DNA from: Trichomonas gallinae
Lineage: Eukaryota
Reading direction: 5' to 3'
Length of the DNA: 20,000 nucleotides
Assembly (NCBI GenBank): GCA_008369845.1
Contig: MRSU01010726.1
Coordinates: 47,583-67,582, forward strand
The notes below the pieces were generated by a model, which saw nothing but the letters and a program-made list of their open reading frames with translations, was not told where the DNA came from and made no database searches. Each line of letters starts with the position of its first letter. Position 1 is the first letter of the stretch. The position numbers and the translations under genes were made by a program. Positions 9,080 through 16,946 of this stretch are shown piece after piece.

Positions 9080-9739
9080 TCATTTTGTGTTTTTCTTTTT
9101 GCGTTTAAGATCTTTAATATAGTTGGAAATTGCATCAATTGCTGGATCTGGAAGCTGTGTGAGATCAAGACTCAAATCATCCTTTTGTGTATCGACTTGA
9201 ACACCACTCTGTGCAAGAATTTGTAAAACATGAAGAATTTCAGCACTTGAATTAAATTGTCCGTTATCAACAATATCTTTGAGATCGACAGAAGGATTTT
9301 TCTTGGTAAAGTCGTATTTCGAGTAATATCTCATTAAGACATCCGGTGAGTTTATTAAGTGTTTGGTAATTGATTCGTAATATTTTGTAATTGCTTGACT
9401 CCATTCAGCAGAATTTGCATACCCTAAGGCAAGAAGCTGCTTTACAAATATTTTTGATAGAAATCTCGCGATATCAGCAATAAACGATAATTCTCCATTA
9501 TATTCAATTGAATTGGACCAAACAAGCCGTATATCTGCTATCCAATCCTCAATTCTATTATATTCTTGATTGATTAGCCTCTCTCTTATTGTTCCTAAAT
9601 CTTGTGGATTCTTAATCACTTGAAAATAGTCTGGAGCACCATCACGGGCGGGATCAATGGGCCGTGAGAACATTTTGCTTAACGGATGGCTCATCAGTAA
9701 GTCAGTTATTCGTAAGCATTCTCTAAATTTATCATTCAT
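9080..9739 (-). CDS. Bromodomain protein with C-terminal ET-like motif
   Basis: First ATG at 9739 (MNDKFRE). Bromodomain motifs FSRPIDP..GAPDYFQVIKNPQDLGTIRERL...Y....WIADIRLVWSNSIEYN, with the acetyl-lysine-binding Asn retained. C-terminal LSLDLTQLPDPAIDAISNYI resembles the ET-domain end. Confidence 0.92.
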   Translation of the reverse strand: MNDKFRECLRITDLLMSHPLSKMFSRPIDPARDGAPDYFQVIKNPQDLGTIRERLINQEYNRIEDWIADIRLVWSNSIEYNGELSFIADIARFLSKIFVKQLLALGYANSAEWSQAITKYYESITKHLINSPDVLMRYYSKYDFTKKNPSVDLKDIVDNGQFNSSAEILHVLQILAQSGVQVDTQKDDLSLDLTQLPDPAIDAISNYIKDLKRKKKNTK

Positions 9740-10076
9740 TACCAAAGATTTTAGGAACCAAAAGTGTCGTGACAGATTTTTTAGAAAAGTGTAAAAAATT
9801 ATTTTACATGTCAAAAAAATTACAATTGTTTAATCCATAGTATTACATTGCATTATGATAATTCTGCATTTAATAAATGCATCATTACAACAATTTTGGC
9901 ATTCTACTGCAACTACACTTGATGAATTAATTAAAATTTCTAAAATGAAAATTATTCTGATATTTTGTATGTGTTTTCTAATTGTTATTTGTTTTATCCC
10001 TTAAAATGAATAAATAACTTATATTCAGGTGGATTCTTCTATAATTAATTCAAAATTAAAATATTATATTCTGTTC

Positions 10077-10634
10077 TTATCTGAGAGCATTGTACACAAT
10101 GTAGTATATCCACAAAATGAATATTGAAGGATGCTCACGTAAAAATATGTTGACATATCCAGCAATAGGCAAAACACCAATTATTTCAGAATCAATGTTA
10201 GATGTGTTCCAAAAATCTTGTGAGTATAGCCAAATGTCAGTCTTATTGTTGTTATCACCCTTTGATAAAAAAATTGAAATAGTTTCATTTTGGTGGAATT
10301 CTATTTTGCGATGCACGATTTGTGGGACTGAGTCATTCAAAAAATAGATAACTATGTTGCCATTATCAGTCAGCATTGATGATTTTCCTTTTGCTAAAAT
10401 AAAATCTCCTCTTTGAAAAACAGGCATCATTGATCCAGAAAGAACAGCTGATATTGGGTTGTTGCAATTCATTATAAGACACATTATATTGAAATATAAC
10501 AATGGTCGCACAATTAAATCAGCTAAATGAGCAAACCTGAAAAAGATACCCACCATTCCTATATCAGATCTACCGAAAAACATCTTCTTCAGCATAGCGT
10601 CCATTTCAGGATCATAATATCCTCTCTGCAGCAT
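10077..10634 (-). CDS. SEC11: Signal peptidase complex catalytic subunit, SEC11/S26B family
   Basis: ATG at 10634 preceded on the minus strand by Inr TCACT (10646-10642). Motifs PISAVLSGSMMPVFQRGD (catalytic Ser), IVHR (catalytic His), FLSKGDNN and G.LP..GYV.I. Confidence 0.85.
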   Translation of the reverse strand: MLQRGYYDPEMDAMLKKMFFGRSDIGMVGIFFRFAHLADLIVRPLLYFNIMCLIMNCNNPISAVLSGSMMPVFQRGDFILAKGKSSMLTDNGNIVIYFLNDSVPQIVHRKIEFHQNETISIFLSKGDNNNKTDIWLYSQDFWNTSNIDSEIIGVLPIAGYVNIFLREHPSIFILWIYYIVYNALR

Positions 10635-10638
10635 TTTG

Positions 10639-10811
10639 AAAAGTGACAAAAATTCAAAAAGTGTCAAAGATTTGAAATCTAAAAGTTTAAATGTTCAAAA
10701 GTACCAAAGAGCTGAAATCAAAAAGTGACAGAATTCGAAAAGTGTCAAAGCATTGGAATTGAAAAGTGATATATTAAAAAGTGTCAATGTTTGAAAATTC
10801 TAAAAGTGACA
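10639..10811. repeat. ~41-bp tandem repeat (4 units + partial) carrying AAAAGTGAC/AAAAGTGTC motifs in a divergent promoter
   Basis: Units begin at ~10639, 10681, 10721, 10762 and 10802: aaaagtgacaaaaattcaaaaagtgtcaaagatttgaaatct / aaaagtttaaatgttcaaaagtaccaaagagctgaaatca / aaaagtgacagaattcgaaaagtgtcaaagcattggaattg / aaaagtgatatattaaaaagtgtcaatgtttgaaaattct / aaaagtgac. Confidence 0.8.
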
Positions 10812-10925
10812 ATGTTGGCACTTTTAGAAGACGTTTATTATTTCCAAAACTATTTTTTATTTAAGATACAAATACATCTGCTTATAATGAGTTTATTTTT
10901 AATGAAATTATCATTTTTCGAAGTG

Positions 10926-12599
10926 ATGACAGATGATCCGCATCTTGCAGGCATCCAAGCATCGCTTTTGGAAAAAGATAAAAAGCTCAGATCATTAAAA
11001 GAACAATTAGCATCACTTACTGAAGAGTTCGAAGCAAATTGGAATCAAATTGCGGAGAAAGATAATCAAATTGCACAATTACAAAACCAAATTGCCACAG
11101 CTAAGGCTGAATTTGAAGCTCAACAGTCTGCTGTAGAATCCTCAAACTATCTTCTTCAACAAGCAAGCCAAAGATTAACGAATTTAACTTCAAAAGTTAC
11201 ATCGATACAAGAAAACATCCACAACCTTCAAATCGAGATCAACAAATACGATTTTCAGATCAAAAAACTAAATGAAACTCCCCTTCCCGTTCCAACAATT
11301 CCAATACAAGATGATGAACTCACAGAGCTGCAAGAACAGGTTAAAGACGCAGAACAAAGATTTTATCAGGTGAAATCTTTAGTGCAACAAGTTGGACAAG
11401 AATGTAAAAATCAAATTTTACGATTAAATGAAGAAATCAGAACAGAAACAGATGAGCTGAACCGTGAATATGCGCAACTACAACAGAAGAATGTTCAACT
11501 TACAGAATCGATTAGAGAAGTTGAAAATCAAAGAAAAATGGAATTAGCACGAATTGATGAAGAAAGGAAACAATTAGAGAAGTCTAAAGTTCCAACAGAA
11601 CAATATGAAAAACAAATTTCCCAGTTAAAGAAAGAAATTCATGAATTGGATTTGCAAATCATTCAATTAGAAGCAAATATCGAAAACGAAGAGAAAGCAG
11701 AGAAAATGAGACAAGAGACAGCAGAAAAACTGCAACAGCAAATTGACGAAAAAAGAGCAGCATCAGCAGAATCAATCAAACAATCAAAGGCAATTCTTGC
11801 GACTCAAAGCAAAGAATTACACAAGCTGAAATCGTTGATCGAGAAGCAGAATGAGACAAACGAAAGGCTTAAAGCAGAATTAGACGCGTTACAAAGAGGT
11901 GAAGCGCAAAAACCTGATTTCGAATTAATTTTCGCTCAAGACAAAGCAGAAATTCAGCGCCGCTTTGAAGCAGCAATGCGCAAAGAGCAGAAAGCACAGG
12001 AGAAGATTGCAGCTCAGCAGAGAGAAGTGGAGGCGCAGATAAACAAGAAGAAGCAAGTCATTTCACAGTACAACCAAATGATCAACGAATGTTTGCAGGA
12101 AGCACGCAAAAAAGCTCAGCTTGCTCACGAAAGAAAGCAGAAATGCAAATTGCTGACACTGCAACTTAAACAGCTCCAAGGTGAGTATGAAGCCATGCAA
12201 AGTAAAGCCGCGCAAGAAGTTGTTAGACAGAAAACTCCGCCAGTTTCTCCAGTCGCTGAAAAGAAAATTTCGAAAATTGCTTCAAGAAAACCGGCAAAAG
12301 AGCAGAGGCCACCGAAGAAGCCAGTAGATCTCAGCGAAGTGGAGCAGTTATCCAATGAATTAGATAAATATGAAAAAGAATTAACATCATCACAAGCAGA
12401 AATGGAAGCATTAAAGAAAGAAGAGGAATCCATTTATAAAGATATGGCTCGTCTTCGTGCTGAGAATGCTAAACTTGAAGAAGGACTCAAGAGTTACGAT
12501 GAAGTTTTCCAATATCACAAATTATTAAAGCAAGAATCTCTTGCTTTTTCAGTTAGTAACGATAAGCCGCAGAAATCTCAGTCTGGTAAGAAGAAATAA
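10926..12599 (+). CDS. Long coiled-coil protein (E/K/Q-rich), function unknown
   Basis: Heptad-rich ORF. Likely start is ATG 10926 (MTDDPHL), 11 nt after an Inr-like TCATT at 10911-10915; the upstream in-frame extension is AT-rich and overlaps the promoter repeat. Confidence 0.85.
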   Translation: MTDDPHLAGIQASLLEKDKKLRSLKEQLASLTEEFEANWNQIAEKDNQIAQLQNQIATAKAEFEAQQSAVESSNYLLQQASQRLTNLTSKVTSIQENIHNLQIEINKYDFQIKKLNETPLPVPTIPIQDDELTELQEQVKDAEQRFYQVKSLVQQVGQECKNQILRLNEEIRTETDELNREYAQLQQKNVQLTESIREVENQRKMELARIDEERKQLEKSKVPTEQYEKQISQLKKEIHELDLQIIQLEANIENEEKAEKMRQETAEKLQQQIDEKRAASAESIKQSKAILATQSKELHKLKSLIEKQNETNERLKAELDALQRGEAQKPDFELIFAQDKAEIQRRFEAAMRKEQKAQEKIAAQQREVEAQINKKKQVISQYNQMINECLQEARKKAQLAHERKQKCKLLTLQLKQLQGEYEAMQSKAAQEVVRQKTPPVSPVAEKKISKIASRKPAKEQRPPKKPVDLSEVEQLSNELDKYEKELTSSQAEMEALKKEEESIYKDMARLRAENAKLEEGLKSYDEVFQYHKLLKQESLAFSVSNDKPQKSQSGKKK

Positions 12600-12990
12600 T
12601 CTAAATGTATTGTTTGTATTATAAAAATGGAAATCAATTTTTCACAATGAGTAGCAAAATTAAGTAATAGGATTTCATTATAGATCAGAAAATATATTTA
12701 ATTCTGCTGTGAATATGATCGCAGATTCAAGATATTTTGGCAAAACACGCGACTGTTAATTAAAACTCAAACATCATTTGACAGCACATTAAATCAAAAC
12801 ATATCATTATATGTTTAAGACAATGGCTCTAAATTCCAATATTTGATAAATATATTAGACAAATTTACTACTTAATGAATAAAATGATATGAGCTCTGTG
12901 TATTAATAATTTGATGAGATTTCATGACCTATACTACATTGTATATATCAAAATAAAGTGTGAAAATAATAAATTTAAAATTTTTTAGAG

Positions 12991-13380
12991 AAAATGAGAT
13001 ATTTGTGCTTTATGTTCTATATATGTGCAGTATTACAGGATTTGCAAGGATAATTATACCGATGTCAAATGAATTTTACCGAAGATACACATTTTTCCGA
13101 AAATTTTCCCTATCTTCTTATTATTTTCCGAAACAAGAGTCGGATACCAAAATTGTTTTACTTTTGGCAAGTTGTCTATATATTGAATTAGAAAATGAAC
13201 AAATTCAAATATTCGTGCTTTATTTTCTATATATCTGCAGCATAAGGGGTGTTCACAGATTATTATACTTAAAATTATTTAGAATGAGAAAATTCAAAAT
13301 ATTTTTTAGTAAAAATAAGATATTTGTGCTTTATTTTCCATATATGGGCAGTACAAAGCGATTCACAGAGATTATTCGCA
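12991..13380. repeat. Three dispersed copies of a ~65-70-bp intergenic repeat
   Basis: Core ATATT(T/C)GTGCTTTAT(G/T)TTC(T/C)ATATAT(G/C)(T/G)GCAG at 12999, 13209 and 13320, with similarity extending ~30 nt downstream. Confidence 0.75.
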
Positions 13381-13754
13381 TCGACAAATAATGTTTTCCA
13401 ATTCGATGAGAAAAAAAAATTCACATTGAAATGGTTTAATTCAAAATCTATCTTTATGAAATAACAGTGAAAATCAACTATAGTAAAGATATATAACGCA
13501 ATGAACTTAAAATTAGTAAGATTAGATGATGAATTAAAAAATTGATTAAAATTTTGCTGTTTCTCGTCTTATTTCTTTTGCAAAGCTCCAACTTTGTCAT
13601 ATTTATATAGTATTGCGGGGCTATTTATGGGTAATGACTAATTTTTGGTGAAATATTGAATTCTAATTTTTGATTTTGTGGAAATTTATAGATAATATAC
13701 ATATAATATTATAGATTAGTTTGTGTAGGTTGTGTATTCATCATCATGTGTGGA

Positions 13755-14258
13755 TTATAATGGGTATTCACTGGGGTAGAAAAAAAAGTTTTGTGAATCG
13801 AAGAGAAACTGCTGAGGATTGTAGTCAAACTGAGGTTCAGCTGGAGCAATATACTGTGGCATCTGAATTTGCTTGTCATTCTCAAGTTTCCTTTTGATCA
13901 CGTTCCATCTGTTCTTAATCTGGGTATCAGTCCTTCCTGCAAAGTGCTTTGCAATCTTTACCCATCTTTGTCCATACTTCTGTTGAAGCTGAATCAATTT
14001 ATTGTCTTCTTCCTCGGTGAATGGACCATGATTCAACTTTGGTGAGAGATAATAGAACCATCTATCATGGCATTGGCGGGAGTTCTTTGTTCTTAACATC
14101 TTGGCAATGGTTACCCAGTCACTATCGCCATATCTTTTGACGAGATTTTGTAAAGCCGCGTCTTCGCTCATAGAGAACTTGTTCTTAACTCTACGCATTG
14201 GTGGAATGACCATCTGCTTCTGTGTGATAGTCTGCTGCTCTGTTTGTTGCTGCTGCAT
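13755..14258 (-). CDS. R2R3-type Myb DNA-binding protein
   Basis: Two Myb repeats: KFSMSEDAALQNLVKRYGDSDWVTIA...RQCHDRWFYYLSP and PFTEEEDNKLIQLQQKYGQRWVKIAKHFAGRTDTQIKNRWN. Inr TCATT on the minus strand at 14271-14267. Confidence 0.95.
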   Translation of the reverse strand: MQQQQTEQQTITQKQMVIPPMRRVKNKFSMSEDAALQNLVKRYGDSDWVTIAKMLRTKNSRQCHDRWFYYLSPKLNHGPFTEEEDNKLIQLQQKYGQRWVKIAKHFAGRTDTQIKNRWNVIKRKLENDKQIQMPQYIAPAEPQFDYNPQQFLFDSQNFFFYPSEYPL

Positions 14259-15859
14259 TATTCTAAAATGAAATTTTTCTGATTACACATAATTCTTAGC
14301 TTAAAAAATTCAATAAGTTTGAAATTAAACCGCAATAATTTGAAAAATATGATCTGCAAAGACAACACAGAGTTTTCGTTCGCTGATAATGGAAAGATGT
14401 TCTCAATTCTCAGAAAATTCATTTTAATAATGAAAATTTAACTTCGAAATATGACTCATTTAGTGCATATAAGCAAGATAGCAGCAAAAAGGGATTTAAT
14501 TGAATTTTCTCAAAGATTTATTTTTTGAAAGATATCGAGTTATTTGATAACAATTGAAAATTTTACTAGAAAATCACATCTACTGTACATATCTAAGCAT
14601 CTTTTCATCGATTTCTTTGAAAATATTTGAGAGAAATTTTTTTTATGTTGAACATTCTAAATTTAGGGGATATGCACTCTTCATACTCTAAAATGTCTAA
14701 ATTCCGCAAAGGAAATGCTTTTTGGTGAGTATTTGTTGAATGTGAAAGTTTTGTTTTTTAAAACTCCCAATTTTATTTTAGAATTCATATCTATACATTA
14801 AATTGTTGCGTTATCATATAATTTTAGGTATTAAAATTTATTATTTGAGACAAAATAATGAACATTAATTTTATAAATTGAAATGTATATTATACTTTGA
14901 TCATAGAATGATATTAGAAATGCAGTATAAATTGAGATTATTTTTTCTGAGAATATAATTATGTTTTTGAGAGAGATAACAGAAAACTATGAAATCAAAA
15001 ATTGGCCAAACACATTATTCTAGAAATCATCCTTTAGGTGTCTTTATTATTTTTAAAAGTTGAATTTCTTTAAAAAGTAAAATTTCAACATAGGGTTAAA
15101 TTTGTTTATATCTGAAATTTTTAATGCATCTTGTGTTGATTGTTATGTGTATTGGCGGCTATTTAAACTAAAATTTTTGATATTTCTATATGCATTATTG
15201 AAAATCAATTTTATGTTTTAAAACTTCTCAAAAGTGAGAAAGGATTAGTAGGATATTCATTTCCCTTCATATATGTATATGATTCATTTCTGTACGACCA
15301 TTTGATTCTAATCAAAACTGGGTAATAATACTCAAAATTGAATTGAGATTAATTAATAGACTTTATTCTCATAATTTGATTTATCTTACCCTATCTAATT
15401 CGGAAAATCTATAATTAAGCGTTTCAATAAACGAATAATTGTAAGAATCTATTCAAAAGCACAAAATAATCAATTATAATGTATAATTCCTTTTAGATTT
15501 CATACATTAATCATGATATGCGATGATTATGGCGGGAGAATCAAGGTTTACTATAAAAAATAGCGAATTTACCTGTAAACGATTTATTCTGATGGAATTA
15601 ATATTACCATTCGAATATGAACAAATTGTTTTATCGCATATTGTAATTAAACATGATTATCTACAAGATATCAAAATGCGTAATCAAAATTTTTCATAAC
15701 CACGCTTATTGAATGTCAATAAATATAATTATACAAGTGTAGAATGATCATATGTACAATCATTTCTTTGGATTTGATGGATTTTACGAAATTGATTAAT
15801 AAAGTAAGGAATACGTTCCCGTGATGATGCAAAGTTGAAAAATTAGGTTAAAGATGATA

Positions 15860-16048
15860 TTATGGATCGCTTTCATTTATTATTTTCTGATATCTTTGCC
15901 TAGAAATTAATCTCTTGATTTTATTGGCCAATGATTGATAGTAAAACGTATAAAAAGTATAAAGCGTAACATAAGCAAGACAAATGAAAACTACATATTC
16001 AATGTACTGGGATATAAGTGGAATAGATTCATCAATCTCGGATTCCAT
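15860..16048 (-). CDS. Putative small single-pass membrane protein (62 aa)
   Basis: ATG at 16048 (MESEIDES...). Acidic N-terminus, a hydrophobic stretch (YVVFICLAYVTLYTFYTFYY) and a basic juxtamembrane tail (KIKRLISRQR). No homology recognised. Confidence 0.45.
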   Translation of the reverse strand: MESEIDESIPLISQYIEYVVFICLAYVTLYTFYTFYYQSLANKIKRLISRQRYQKIINESDP

Positions 16049-16324
16049 TATTTTAAACAATTTTACATGTCAAAATTATTATTTATTTGTCATAAATAAG
16101 AAATAAACTAATTCGCTTGAGAATATACCAAAAATCTCTTGTATTCATCGTGTTTATGATGATTACGTTTAAAACAATGAATAATAACGAAAAATAATTG
16201 TATACGTTTTCTTTTTGGAAAATTAAGTTTTTATTCGCAGCATGATATGCATAAGAATATCACCGTATAGTATAGTAGATATTTATTACAAAATGCTTGT
16301 TTTGTCGAAATGTAAAATAACAGT

Positions 16325-16570
16325 TTAGGCTGATTGCATGAGATCAATCTGGTTTCTAAGCTGGATTACTCTTGCATGCAAATCCTGGTTCTTGCGGATA
16401 AGGGCATCGACGTTTTCAGCTGGTGGAGCACCGATAACCTCTCTGATGAAAGCGAGAGGATCCTCTGGGAGAGGCGACTGCTCATGAAGGTTAATCATTG
16501 CGCGGTTCAATGTCTCTATGACGTTGCCGGCCTCTAAATACTTGCGAAACTGCTCCCTCTTCGATGACAT
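16325..16570 (-). CDS. MYCBP: c-Myc-binding protein (MYCBP/AMY-1, FAP174) homologue; RIIa/DPY-30-like docking domain plus coiled coil
   Basis: SKREQFRKYLE...V..TL.....L.E....P...L.FI....GA matches the MYCBP N-terminus (SKREQFRRYLE). Codon usage is GC-richer and biased. Confidence 0.88.
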   Translation of the reverse strand: MSSKREQFRKYLEAGNVIETLNRAMINLHEQSPLPEDPLAFIREVIGAPPAENVDALIRKNQDLHARVIQLRNQIDLMQSA

Positions 16571-16946
16571 TAAGTTTTATAATTAACAGGGACCAACACT
16601 TCACCCCTTAATTTTTTATTATTTTATCTTCTATTTTTCCATCAATATCTAAATCGAATTTTTTGCTCAAAATGGCAAAAAATTAAAATTAATATTTCGT
16701 TTTTCTCAAAACGTTGATTTATTGGCTAAGCACTCAAATATAGCATTATTAATAATTTAATGATTTATATCCGTAAATATATTTTCATAAACTCGATTAT
16801 TCTAAATTACAATAATATGGAAATCAATTTTGGAAAACAGCACAATTGGGAAGGTTATTTTTGGCTGTAATTTGTATGAAAGAACTTGATATTTAAATAT
16901 GATTTTGATGGTTAAAATAAAACTAAACATTTTAACAAAATAAAAC

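Noticed and set aside
10791..10925. N-terminal extension of the coiled-coil ORF from the TTG start, and likewise the GTG/TTG extensions at 62, 9814, 10667 and 16060
   Set aside because: Eukaryotic genes start at ATG; these extensions are AT-rich promoter sequence, and Inr-like motifs (where present) point to the downstream ATGs.
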